Assembly: GCA_965214605.1 (NCBI GenBank)
Contig: OZ243961.1
Location: forward strand, 1,088,001 to 1,152,000
Length of the DNA stretch: 64,000 nucleotides
Reading direction: 5' to 3'
Origin: an uncultured Candidatus Binatia bacterium
GTDB lineage: Bacteria > Desulfobacterota > Binatia > Bin18
A program made the position numbers and the translations under genes. The stretch's first letter is position 1. Each line of letters opens with the position of its first letter. This document shows, piece after piece, positions 1 through 9,461 of the stretch. Below the pieces are notes generated by a model. That model did no database searches and was not told the origin of the DNA. It saw nothing but the letters and a program-made list of their open reading frames with translations.

Positions 1-1565
1 CAGGTTTCATCGAACCAACTGTAGTTATGGATTTCTGAAAAATTGTACGCTTGGGCCAACAGTCGCCGGGCTTTGTGCTCGGTCCGCAAGCTGTCGTCAA
101 AGGCCACGGTATCGGCCGAAAAATCCGGCAGCCGGGACTCAAGGTTATCATACCCATGAATGCGGGTGACTTCCTCCAGAATATCAACAGGCAGCGAGAT
201 ATCCTTCTCGCTCCGAAACGGCGGAATACCGACCCGCAACTCGCCTACGTCCATTTCGCTCTCAAAACCGAGAGAACTCAGGATAGAGATAATTGTGTCA
301 CCGGAGATGGGGCTGCCGATCCGCCGATCAAAAAAGTCTTTAGGAATACTCAGCCACCGCGTCTCTTGTTTCAGCTCACCGGCGTAGGTAAAGCGTGAGC
401 GGACCTCGGGCCTGAGCCCGGCCTCGTGCAGTAAGTGGACAAACCGTTCAACGCCTATCTTGGTTATGACAGGCGGCTGCTGTTTTTCAAAGCGTTGGCT
501 GGCGTCGGTGTGCAGGCCGAGGCGGGTGGCGGTGTGTCGGATACGAGCCGCCTTGAAATTGGCACTCTCCAACAAAAGGCTGGTCGTATTTTGGCTGATC
601 TCGCTGTCCAGCCCACCCATGATCCCAGCCAAGGCCACCGGTTCTTTTTCATTCCAGATCATCAGGTCGTCCGGCTGTATGGCTCGGACCTGGCCGTCCA
701 GTGTCGTAAACGTGGCGGTGTGGCCAAACGGAGCGATACGCACGGCTTGCAGACAAGCGCTGTCAAACGCGTGCATGGGCTGGGCGAGTTCGAGCATGAT
801 ATAGTTGGTCAGATCGACCAGGATATTAAACGTCCGCTGGCCCAAGGCATGCAGCCGATACTGAATCGTCAACGGAGCCGGCACCGTCGCTACCCCAGCC
901 AGTTCAATGCAGCAGTAACACGGGCAGCCTTCCACGTCTTCAAGCCTGAGCGAATATGCCGGCAGGGTGTCATAGACCGACAGGTCTGCGCGATCCAGCG
1001 GCCGCAACGGCCGCTCCAAGACCGCGGCTACCTCTCGGGCCAGGCCGTAGTGTCCCCACAGGTCCGGCCTGTGGGTCAAGCTCTTATTATCAATCTCAAG
1101 AATCGTGTCGGTAGGCGGAATCAGATCCGACAGCAAACGGCCGCTGGCAATGGACGCGGACAGGTCCATAATTCCAGCATGCCCGCCGCCTAGGCCGAGT
1201 TCCTCGGACGAACACAACACTCCCTGACTGGGACGGCCGGCAACGTATCTTTCCTCTAGGCGCTGCCCGTTGGCCAGCCGTGTCCCGGCCGGCGCAAAGG
1301 CCGAGGTCATGCCCAGCCGCACATTGGGCGCGCCGCACACCGTGCTAAACGTGTCGGTCCCGCACTCCACCTGGACAAAGGAGTTCGTATCAGACAAGGC
1401 TTCGACCAACACCACCCGGCCGACCCGTACCCCGTCTAGGCTACGCGTCAGCGTCTCCACCGTCTCGACCTCGGCCGTCGCCATAGTCAGCCGCTCGGCG
1501 ATCGTAGCCGGAGCGAGACCGGACACATCGACGTATTGGGAAATCCACTCGAGCGAGATCTTCAT
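1..1565 (-). CDS. pheT: phenylalanyl-tRNA synthetase beta subunit (3' end runs off the window)
   Basis: Manual translation from ATG at 1565: MKISLEWISQYVD..., VCGAPNV, ILEIDNKSLTHRPDLWGHYGLARE. The same frame reads LAQAYNFSEIHNYSWFDET at the window edge. Directly downstream of pheS. Confidence 0.95.
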   Translation of the reverse strand, partial: MKISLEWISQYVDVSGLAPATIAERLTMATAEVETVETLTRSLDGVRVGRVVLVEALSDTNSFVQVECGTDTFSTVCGAPNVRLGMTSAFAPAGTRLANGQRLEERYVAGRPSQGVLCSSEELGLGGGHAGIMDLSASIASGRLLSDLIPPTDTILEIDNKSLTHRPDLWGHYGLAREVAAVLERPLRPLDRADLSVYDTLPAYSLRLEDVEGCPCYCCIELAGVATVPAPLTIQYRLHALGQRTFNILVDLTNYIMLELAQPMHAFDSACLQAVRIAPFGHTATFTTLDGQVRAIQPDDLMIWNEKEPVALAGIMGGLDSEISQNTTSLLLESANFKAARIRHTATRLGLHTDASQRFEKQQPPVITKIGVERFVHLLHEAGLRPEVRSRFTYAGELKQETRWLSIPKDFFDRRIGSPISGDTIISILSSLGFESEMDVGELRVGIPPFRSEKDISLPVDILEEVTRIHGYDNLESRLPDFSADTVAFDDSLRTEHKARRLLAQAYNFSEIHNYSWFDET

Positions 1566-1569
1566 GGAC

Positions 1570-2592
1570 TTAGACCGAGGCCGGAAACTGCTCACAAAAA
1601 CGTAGATCACTCGCGTTGAGCAGCCGAATATCGGGGATGTTGTACTTCATCATCGCCAGCCGGGTCAGGCCTAGGCCAAACGCAAAGCCACTATACTGGT
1701 CGGGGTTAACACCGCCAAATTCTAGCACCCGGGGATGGACCAAGCCGCACGGCAGCAGTTCGACCCAACCCGAGCGTTTGCAAGTAGCACACCCGCTGCC
1801 GTCACAGATCAGACACTGGATATCCAGCTCAAAGCCGGGCTCGACAAAGGGGAAATAGCCGGGCCGTAGCCGGACCGTAACCTTACGCTGAAAGACAGCC
1901 GTTAGTAAGGTCTTCATCATCGCAATCAGGTTGGCGATCGAGATATCAGTATCGACCATCAGCCCTTCGAGCTGGTAGAAGGTATTTTCGTGGCTGGCGT
2001 CAATGGCCTCGTTGCGAAAACAGCGGCCAGGAAAAATCGCTCGCAACGGCACGCCATGGGTCTCTAAGGCGCGGACCTGGTTGGCCGAGGTATGCGTTCG
2101 GAGTAACATGCCGTTGGTCAGCCAGTACGTGTCCTGCATATCTCGAGCCGGATGATCGCTGGGAATATTGAGACTCTCAAAATTGTAAAAGTCGGTCTCG
2201 ATGTGATAACCGGTCTCAATCAGAAACCCCATCGCCCGGGCGATCTCTTCCAGCTCCATTTGGACCAGCGAGATCGGATGGAGATGGCCGCTGCGATTAT
2301 TCAGACCCGGCAACGTCATATCGATACTGATCTGAGGCTGGGAGCTGGCCTGCTGTTCGGCCCGAGCTTGGCCAAGCTGGTCTCCAACAAAGCGTTTGAG
2401 CTGGTTAAACTGCTGGCCAAAGCGCTTCTTTTCGTCTGCCGACATGCACGTAAAATCCGCGTTTTTTCGCAGTAGGGTCACGATTCCTTTACGACCCAGG
2501 TAGCGCACCCGGACGGCTTCGAGCTCACGCTCCGAGGTCACCGAGGCTAGCTCTTCACGCAGTTGTATCCGTATCGCCTGGATATTCTGCAC
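1570..2592 (-). CDS. pheS: phenylalanyl-tRNA synthetase alpha subunit
   Basis: HPARDMQDT, LLRTHTS, YFPFVEP, CxxC-GCxxC and FAFGLG motifs; GTG start with AAGGAG RBS. Confidence 0.97.
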   Translation of the reverse strand: MQNIQAIRIQLREELASVTSERELEAVRVRYLGRKGIVTLLRKNADFTCMSADEKKRFGQQFNQLKRFVGDQLGQARAEQQASSQPQISIDMTLPGLNNRSGHLHPISLVQMELEEIARAMGFLIETGYHIETDFYNFESLNIPSDHPARDMQDTYWLTNGMLLRTHTSANQVRALETHGVPLRAIFPGRCFRNEAIDASHENTFYQLEGLMVDTDISIANLIAMMKTLLTAVFQRKVTVRLRPGYFPFVEPGFELDIQCLICDGSGCATCKRSGWVELLPCGLVHPRVLEFGGVNPDQYSGFAFGLGLTRLAMMKYNIPDIRLLNASDLRFCEQFPASV

Positions 2593-2728
2593 AAAACTCT
2601 CCTTCGCCGAACTTTGCCCAGATCCTATCTGGGCCGCCTCTTTCTCGAAAGCCCCTCTGCCCTATTGAGGAGGGCCCACGCACCCGCTCAGCTCACAGGC
2701 ACGGGCAACCTACAGGGGGCCGCCTCCG

Positions 2729-3406
2729 CTATTGCAGCATAGCGTCCCAGCCTTTCCAGTAAAGTTCGGCTGCGCAGCGTACCTCTTTGATGAATTCTTG
2801 GCGCTCCCGGTCTGTTGTCAACAGATGCTCAATCAGCTTACGTCCCGTCTGGGCGTGCTCTCGGTCTGCCTCTATATGGCCGGAAAAGAAGCGTAGGGCG
2901 TCGGGGTTCATATGATAGTGGGTTTGCAGGCCCTCGAACATGTCCTGACAGGCGTGGGAAAAGCCGCCCTCCAAGACGCCTAAGGCACCCGAGTATTGGG
3001 CCTTCCGCGAGACCAGGAGCCAGAAATAAGCGTTCATGGCGCGTGCCGCAGGCGAGGCGCTCGACCGTTCAAGATCCTGCCGGAGGAGGCCCAAACCTTT
3101 TTCCCAGAACTCGAACAGCAACTCGGTATGGCCGGCAGTATTGGTGTACAGGCCCATCGCCTCTTCGGCAAAGTTCTCGGCCATCATCTCCGCGCCCTGT
3201 TTATCTATATCGGTCATGCTGATATAGCCCTGGGCGATGTAGTGGCCGGAGTCTCTGACCGTCATCTCATAATGCTCTATGGCAAACTGCTTGATCTGTT
3301 GCCGGGTGGCTTTGCCGTCCTTGACTAGTTTGACCAGCGGGTGGCGGCCGATATTAAACTCATCGGCAATCCCCTCAACTGTATTCCAAAATACCTGCGT
3401 ATCCAT
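2729..3406 (-). CDS. heme-oxygenase-like diiron oxidase (PqqC/TenA/CADD-like iron-containing redox protein)
   Basis: HPLV..G..T..Q N-terminus; candidate ligands E82, H93, E146, H177, D181, H184 (EEAMG, GHTEL, LEGG, HIEADREH); GGAGG RBS. Confidence 0.8.
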   Translation of the reverse strand: MDTQVFWNTVEGIADEFNIGRHPLVKLVKDGKATRQQIKQFAIEHYEMTVRDSGHYIAQGYISMTDIDKQGAEMMAENFAEEAMGLYTNTAGHTELLFEFWEKGLGLLRQDLERSSASPAARAMNAYFWLLVSRKAQYSGALGVLEGGFSHACQDMFEGLQTHYHMNPDALRFFSGHIEADREHAQTGRKLIEHLLTTDRERQEFIKEVRCAAELYWKGWDAMLQ

Positions 3407-3460
3407 ATGCTGCCCTCCTTATCTGAATTTCACCCGTCTCGCTACGCGGTATGGGACGGC

Positions 3461-3937
3461 CTAGACGAGAAACGTCAAATTGTCGATAACCTCATCGTTG
3501 TTCACTAATAAGACCTTTTTTGACACTATCTTCAGGCCGTCTGCGTCCCGACGCAGATGATGAACCGTCCGCCCGGCAAACGTATCTTGTTTGCTGCGGC
3601 GGAGCTCGGTCAGATTGAAGTTTGAATAGACGACGATCTCGCCGTCGTCAGCCGCCTCAATCTCGATATTGGAGACCACGCGGCGTAAGCGAGACCTGGG
3701 GTCCTGCGAGTAGGCCGCTCCGTTTTTGAGTCGATCAATCCGATCCCGTAACTGGGCCAGATCGTCATAGATAATCGCCACCTGCTGGCCGGGGTCCATG
3801 TCGTCGTCATTGCTCGGCACCCAGTACAGAGCATCTTCGGTCCACAGCCCTAGCCACTCATCGTAGGCGTGCTCGTCCATTAGCCGCGCCTCGCGATACA
3901 GGAAATCTTCAATCTGGTGGCGGTCTACGGCCATCAT
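3461..3937 (-). CDS. aromatic ring-hydroxylating dioxygenase beta (small) subunit
   Basis: IEDFLYREARLMD..YDEWL..W...YWVP and PRSRLRRVVSN; ATGA overlap with the alpha subunit. Confidence 0.92.
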   Translation of the reverse strand: MMAVDRHQIEDFLYREARLMDEHAYDEWLGLWTEDALYWVPSNDDDMDPGQQVAIIYDDLAQLRDRIDRLKNGAAYSQDPRSRLRRVVSNIEIEAADDGEIVVYSNFNLTELRRSKQDTFAGRTVHHLRRDADGLKIVSKKVLLVNNDEVIDNLTFLV

Positions 3938-5253
3938 ACGCCCCCGCTCGCCCGGCGCGGCTGAACGATGGATAGCCCTGCACTCTGGGTCATGACCTTT
4001 TTCCAGTGCCGCCAGATGCCACGTTGGGTAACTTCGTCGGTCATGTGTCCGACAATCGTGCCGTCCTCCTCACGGCGCTGGCGGTGCAATCCGCGGGCTA
4101 TCAGCAACCACGGATCAAGCTCGGCGCTCAGTCCGATCTGGTTCCGCTCAAACATCTCCAGATCGTCGGGCGCACCAGACCCGGCCGGGCCGTAAAACGC
4201 CTCATGGCCGCGCAGGCGTTTGATATTCAGCTCTTGGGGCACGTCTTTGAGCAAAGTCGGATACAGAAACACCTCGGTCTGGTCAATCGACAGCGGCTGA
4301 ACCACCCGGATCTGTACCCCGATCAGGATGAGATTGGGAAACACCAGCAGATGCGTCCCTCCGGCAATCAGAATCTCCTTGGCACGCGCCTTGCCGTAGG
4401 CCGCGATCAGCGTCTCCTCGTAGGCGTTCCCTCCTGCCGTGGTCGGCAGGAGGGACATCATTTTTTCGCGATTCGCTCGGTTATTCGGGCGGTAGTCAAG
4501 CATGACATTACCATTGCCAAAGTCGCGGCTCAGCCCGATCGAATTGCCCGAAAAAGTATCGACCTTGATGCCGGTCCGCTTCTGAATCGAGCGCAAAAAC
4601 GTCTGATGGACAAAGTTCGGATGATAGCCGTCCATGGCATTCTCAAGCTGAAACTTCCAGTTGCCCGCATACCCATACTTATGGATACCGGAACGGACCT
4701 CGATCTCGCCCTGAGGAGACTGATCGACAAACAGATCGATCTGCTCCTTGGCCCGGCCCAGATGCTCGTCCAGCGTCATCCCCGCTGGGCTCAAACTGCC
4801 AAACACAAAGCCGCGATAGGTGTCCACGCGGGGCACCTTACGCAGACCAAAGTCCGCCTTGTGAAACGACGCATCGTAGCCGTCCTGGTAGGGCACGCTA
4901 GCCAGCTTGCCGTTCCGGCGAAACGTCCAGCCATGATAGGCGCAGCGGAAGGCGGTCTTGTTCCCCCGCTCGGTCTGACACACAGCGTTGGCCCGATGTG
5001 GGCAGCGGTTCATCAACAGCTGTACCTCTCCCTCATCATCTCGGACCATGATGACCGATTGACGGCCAAGCTTGGTCAGCCGAAAATCGCCCGGCTGTGG
5101 GATCTCGCCGACATGGCCGACATAGACCCAGCCACGATGAAAAATTTTGGCCATCTCTTCTTCAAAGATGTCGGGGTCGGTATACACCCTTCCGTGAATA
5201 CGGTCTTCTTTGACCAAAGCGTCATAGTCGATGTGCGATTGTCCTGCCGCCAT
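3934..5253 (-). CDS. Rieske non-heme iron oxygenase alpha subunit
   Basis: Rieske motif NRCPHR...CAYHGW; mononuclear Fe motif ENAMDGYHPNFVH and downstream PDD. Confidence 0.95.
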   Translation of the reverse strand: MAAGQSHIDYDALVKEDRIHGRVYTDPDIFEEEMAKIFHRGWVYVGHVGEIPQPGDFRLTKLGRQSVIMVRDDEGEVQLLMNRCPHRANAVCQTERGNKTAFRCAYHGWTFRRNGKLASVPYQDGYDASFHKADFGLRKVPRVDTYRGFVFGSLSPAGMTLDEHLGRAKEQIDLFVDQSPQGEIEVRSGIHKYGYAGNWKFQLENAMDGYHPNFVHQTFLRSIQKRTGIKVDTFSGNSIGLSRDFGNGNVMLDYRPNNRANREKMMSLLPTTAGGNAYEETLIAAYGKARAKEILIAGGTHLLVFPNLILIGVQIRVVQPLSIDQTEVFLYPTLLKDVPQELNIKRLRGHEAFYGPAGSGAPDDLEMFERNQIGLSAELDPWLLIARGLHRQRREEDGTIVGHMTDEVTQRGIWRHWKKVMTQSAGLSIVQPRRASGGV

Positions 5254-5279
5254 AGTCTCCCTCCTTACATCACGTCAAA

Positions 5280-6719
5280 TCATTTTGCTGCAAGTGTGGT
5301 GACTGCTCCAGCCTCCTCTGGCGCATCCTGGGTACGGATCTCATCAGCCACGGACCAGGCCCGCCGTGCTTTCGCGGCCGGGTGCGGGTCGGTCAAACGC
5401 GCCCGGCCCCGACCAAACAGCTTCTCCCGAAACGTGCCGTCTTGATACTCGTGCTGCATCATACCGCGTTGCTGCAAAACCGGCACGACGCCGTCAACAA
5501 AGTCTTCAAACGTGCCCGGCGTACTCGCATAGGCCAGGTTGAACCCGTCTACACCAACGTTGATCCAGTCTTGAAAGGCATCTGCCAGCTGCTCGGGCGT
5601 ACCAACCAAGACCGGTCCACCACCGCCAATGCCGACGTATTTAGCCAGGTCGCGCAGTGTCCATCTGCGCTGCCCATCCGTTTTGGCGAACATTTGCATC
5701 AACGTTCGGACTGCATTGGTCTCAACGTACTCCAGTTCCTGATCGAGATCATAGCCACCAAAATCAATCCCCGACCAGCCGCTGAGCAGAGCCAGCGCGC
5801 CCTCGTAGCTGACCTGCTCGAAGAAATCGTCATATTTGCGGCGCGCCTCAGCCTCGGTGCCGCCGGTAATGGCCTTAATGTAGGTCGAGAAGAGGATACT
5901 CTCAGGTTTTCTGCCCTGCTTGGCTGCGGCGGCACGCGTAGCCTGAATGGAGGCTCCAACGGCTTGGGGAGTGGGGGCAGTGATGAACACAGCTTCGGCG
6001 TGTTGGGCGGCAAACTGCTGGCCGCGCGGTGAGGCTCCCGCCTGGTACAGTACAGGCGTACGCTGTGGAGACGGCTCGGCTAGATGGCAGCCGTGGACCC
6101 GAAAGTATTTTCCGGTGTGATCGACGTCGTGTACCTTGAGCGGGTCGGCGTAGATCCCCTGCTGGCGGTCTTTGACTACCGCGTCGTCCTGCCAGCTGGC
6201 TTCCCACAGCTTGTAACACACCGTCAGATATTCATCGGCAATATCATAGCGCTCATCGTGTTCCGGCAAACCCTGCTGTCCAAAACTCCGCCCGGCACTC
6301 TCTAGGTAGGAGGTCACGATATTCCAGGCAATTCGGCCCTTAGTCAGATGGTCGAGCGTCGAAATGGTCCGGGCAAAGGCAAACGGGTGACACTGTAAGA
6401 CCGAGCTGGTAAAGGCAAACCCGAGATGCTGAGTCGCATACGCCATGGCTGGAATCAGTACCATCGGATCGTTGACCGGAATCTGGGTTGCCTGGGTCAG
6501 TGCTGCCTGACGACTATTGCGGTAGACGTCGTAGACTCCAATCACATCGGCCAAAAACAGGGCGTCGAATTTGCCCCGCTCCAGTAGCTTGGCCAGCTCA
6601 ACCCAGGTATCAAGATCGGTGTAACGGTCCATCTTGTCGTTGGCGCGCCCCCACAGCCCGGGAGACTGATGGACGACACAATTCATATGAAAGGCGTTGA
6701 AGTAGATGCGTTTATTCAT
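5280..6719 (-). CDS. LLM-class flavin-dependent monooxygenase, NtaA/SnaA/DszA-like
   Basis: FDALFLADV, LDHLTKGRIAWNIVTS, PSPQRTPVLYQAGAS, FVDGVVPVLQQRG; likely start MNKRIYFNAF at 6719. Confidence 0.92.
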   Translation of the reverse strand: MNKRIYFNAFHMNCVVHQSPGLWGRANDKMDRYTDLDTWVELAKLLERGKFDALFLADVIGVYDVYRNSRQAALTQATQIPVNDPMVLIPAMAYATQHLGFAFTSSVLQCHPFAFARTISTLDHLTKGRIAWNIVTSYLESAGRSFGQQGLPEHDERYDIADEYLTVCYKLWEASWQDDAVVKDRQQGIYADPLKVHDVDHTGKYFRVHGCHLAEPSPQRTPVLYQAGASPRGQQFAAQHAEAVFITAPTPQAVGASIQATRAAAAKQGRKPESILFSTYIKAITGGTEAEARRKYDDFFEQVSYEGALALLSGWSGIDFGGYDLDQELEYVETNAVRTLMQMFAKTDGQRRWTLRDLAKYVGIGGGGPVLVGTPEQLADAFQDWINVGVDGFNLAYASTPGTFEDFVDGVVPVLQQRGMMQHEYQDGTFREKLFGRGRARLTDPHPAAKARRAWSVADEIRTQDAPEEAGAVTTLAAK

Positions 6720-6741
6720 AAGGCTTTTCCTGTGAGGAGTC

Positions 6742-7380
6742 CTAGGCGAAACCTCGGCGCTCAAGCTCTGCAAACAGCTCTGGCGGGGGCTGAGGAAATC
6801 TGGCTAAGACCGCCCCGCCATCGAGCGTCTGTTCGGCCTCCAGCGGTGTGGCCGTATACACGTTGACGATTCGGGCAACAGGATCGACGAACCCAGGCGA
6901 GCTGTACGCCCGCAGAAAAATACTCACGACGTTTACGATCCGTCTCTGCCACGATATTCTCGTCGCTCAGCCCTGCAATGAAGGAGTCCGGCACGAAGTC
7001 CAGGACAGGGCTAGTTGACCCCCGTCGTTCAGGCAGGCGATCCCACGACATACAGGCCAGGTCCAGAATGCGGACCAAACCAAGCGCAAGGCCTCCCATG
7101 CTCTCAGCACCAGTCGCCAGATGTCGCGTCTTCACAAATTCCCATAAAACAGCACTCAACGCAGTAGTCAGACATGATTCCGAAACCCTATGAGTTTCTC
7201 AACATCCTCAAGTAGCTCACAGAATAAGCCCTGGTGCTGGGTATGGGGCGAGAACGTCCGCTTCGGTGGCCGTCCCTGCAGAGGCCAACACCGTATCCAG
7301 ATCGGCGACGCTCCCCCCAGGCGAGCGAGCAGGTCCGCCACTATTTCAATGCTGTCAGCAGAAGCTTGCAGGTTTGCCAT
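6742..7380 (-). pseudogene. Uma2-family (DUF820) endonuclease, frameshifted pseudogene
   Basis: Fragments in three frames: VADLLARLGG (N-terminus), VPD..LSDEN...KRREYFSAGVQLAWV (core), VDPVARIVNVY..LDGGAVL (C-terminus). Confidence 0.7.
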
Positions 7381-7472
7381 GACACTCTTGTCTTTTGGCT
7401 GGAAACGCGCTCAGAGCACACGCAATGCGAGCTTTGAGCTATTGCATTTTGCACTGGAAAAAGCAATCAGAC
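7290..7472 (+). repeat. diverged direct repeat, copy 1 (Uma2 5' end plus upstream region)
   Basis: Aligns by eye with 13297-13477, e.g. caatgctgtcagcagaagcttgcaggtttgccat versus caatgctgtaagcagaagcttgcgggtttggcat. Confidence 0.8.
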
Positions 7473-7561
7473 TGCTATGCTCTTTTCAATGCTGGGCTTA
7501 GAGCAGCCGGCGGACTTAGTTGCCACGGACCTTGCCTCAGGTATTATGAAGACCGCCAACC

Positions 7562-9445
7562 ATGCAAACGTGTCATCGAATAGGATACCTAGAGCCAAAG
7601 GGCAGACAGCTCCTCGTCTGTTTGCTCGGCACTGTGGCCTGTGGTCTGTTTTCGCCGGTTTTTGCCCTGACGCTTGACGATCTTGACCCGGCCCAGGAAT
7701 GGCGGCTAGGCGAACTGAGATTTTCCGCCAATGCCCGCCTCGCCGAAGCCGAGCTGCGGACGGTCCTGACCACACAGGCCAGACCATGGTATGCCCTGTG
7801 GCGCAAACATCCCCAGTTTGATCCTGTTGCCTTTGGCCTTGACCTGAAACGACTGCTCCGCTTGTACCGCTCGCGCGGCTATTACCACACAAAGCTGAGC
7901 CACGAGTTAACAGCTCAGGAAAAACGTCTGTGGACCAGGGGAGAGTACACTCTGCTCAGTGTTCGGCTACACATTGAGGAGGGTGAACCGATCCAGATCC
8001 GACAGGTGGATATCCAATTCGACAGCCAGCACGGCGGCGGGCACGGACCGCCTGCTGATCTGCCTGAGCTGCCGGTCAAACCGGGCGACGTTTTTACCGA
8101 AGACAGCTACAGGGAGGCCCAAGCCCAGCTCAAGGCGTTTTTTCTCGACCGCGGATACGGCTTGGCCAAGGTGACACGCACGACTGAAGTGTTCCTTGAC
8201 CAGCGCGCCGCTCACCTACTCTACCATCTTGCCCCCGGCCTGCCAACCGTTTTTGGTCAGACCCGCATTGAGGGGCTGAGCAATGTGGCCCCCTACCTGC
8301 TCAGGCGAGAACTCAGCTATCAGCCCGGCCAGCAGTTCTCCGACCAGGCGGTCCAGGCCACCCACAAAAACCTCCTGGCCCTAGACCTGTTTGAGACGGT
8401 GCAGATCGCCCCGGCAAAAATCAACGGCCGATCCGAGATCGTGCCAATGCGGATTCGGGTTGTCGAACGTCCGCCTCGAGACCTGCGACTCGGTCTGGGC
8501 TACGGCACTGAGGATGAATTTCGAGGCCAGGCTGAATGGCATCATCAGAACTGGCTTGGTGGCGGGCGACGCCTGTCGATGCTGCTGAAGTTCTCGGCCA
8601 TTAGTCGCTCTATCGGCGTCCGGTTGATGCAGCCGCATTTCCTGACCAAGCGCTCTCGGCTGGTTTTCAACCTCAGCCAAGGCCAGGAAGATGAAGAAAC
8701 TTTTCTGCTGAACTACACCCGCTTTCAGCTCCAGATTGAGCACCGCTTCTCCTCCGTCCTGTCCGGTTTCTTGGGCTGGCGGCTTGAATTTGCCAAACTG
8801 AACCACATCTCACCGTCAACAATTCGTGAGCTCGGCGGGCTCACGCGTGAGGGGTTGCTGTCCGGCCCAGCCCTAGAGCTGGTATGGGATACGACCTCCG
8901 ATCGACTTGATCCCAAACAGGGCAATGTCGTGGTGCTCAACTTTACCCAGACTAGCAGCCCGGACTATCAATTCTATAAGCTCATGGCCGAGGCGAAAAA
9001 ATATTATTTGCTCGGCTGGCGGACGGTTGTCGCTGGTCGCCTTAAATTCGGCCTGGCCGATGCCTTTGGTCCGATGACAAACCTGCCCATCTCCGAACAC
9101 CTGTATGCTGGCGGCGAAAAGAGTGTGCGCGGCTATGGCCGGCGGCGCCTGGGACCGCTGAGCCAATCGGACGATCCGCTTGGCGGCCTGAGCCTAGTAG
9201 AAGGCTCACTGGAACTCCGACGCCCGGTCTGGAAAGCGCTGAGCGCAAGCGTGTTTGTCGATTTTGGCCAGTTGGAGACCCGGAGCTACGATATTCCGCT
9301 CGAGAGTGTGAAGTTTAGCACAGGCTTTGGTCTCGGCTACAACACTCGTCTCGGACCGCTCCAGCTGTCTATAGGCTTCCCTTTCGATCCTCCGTCCGGC
9401 GATGCCCCTTGGCAGCTACACTTCAGCGTGGGGCAGTTCTTCTGA
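7562..9445 (+). CDS. tamA: Omp85-family TamA-like outer membrane assembly protein
   Basis: Signal-like N-terminus, POTRA-like repeats (Y..RGY), YAGGEKSVRGY motif, C-terminal FSVGQFF; followed by tamB. Confidence 0.88.
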   Translation: MQTCHRIGYLEPKGRQLLVCLLGTVACGLFSPVFALTLDDLDPAQEWRLGELRFSANARLAEAELRTVLTTQARPWYALWRKHPQFDPVAFGLDLKRLLRLYRSRGYYHTKLSHELTAQEKRLWTRGEYTLLSVRLHIEEGEPIQIRQVDIQFDSQHGGGHGPPADLPELPVKPGDVFTEDSYREAQAQLKAFFLDRGYGLAKVTRTTEVFLDQRAAHLLYHLAPGLPTVFGQTRIEGLSNVAPYLLRRELSYQPGQQFSDQAVQATHKNLLALDLFETVQIAPAKINGRSEIVPMRIRVVERPPRDLRLGLGYGTEDEFRGQAEWHHQNWLGGGRRLSMLLKFSAISRSIGVRLMQPHFLTKRSRLVFNLSQGQEDEETFLLNYTRFQLQIEHRFSSVLSGFLGWRLEFAKLNHISPSTIRELGGLTREGLLSGPALELVWDTTSDRLDPKQGNVVVLNFTQTSSPDYQFYKLMAEAKKYYLLGWRTVVAGRLKFGLADAFGPMTNLPISEHLYAGGEKSVRGYGRRRLGPLSQSDDPLGGLSLVEGSLELRRPVWKALSASVFVDFGQLETRSYDIPLESVKFSTGFGLGYNTRLGPLQLSIGFPFDPPSGDAPWQLHFSVGQFF

Positions 9446-9461
9446 AGGAGGCGTTTCGCCG

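Noticed and set aside
51-1605. Plus-strand ORFs of 75-252 aa
   Set aside because: Antisense shadows of pheT, which the track missed because it has no stop codon inside the window.
2616-2634. 8 bp hairpin upstream of pheS as terminator, attenuator or T-box
   Set aside because: No U-tract on the coding strand, no Phe-rich leader peptide and no T-box consensus seen.
4006-5445. 479-aa plus-strand ORF
   Set aside because: Antisense shadow of the Rieske alpha subunit; no motifs.
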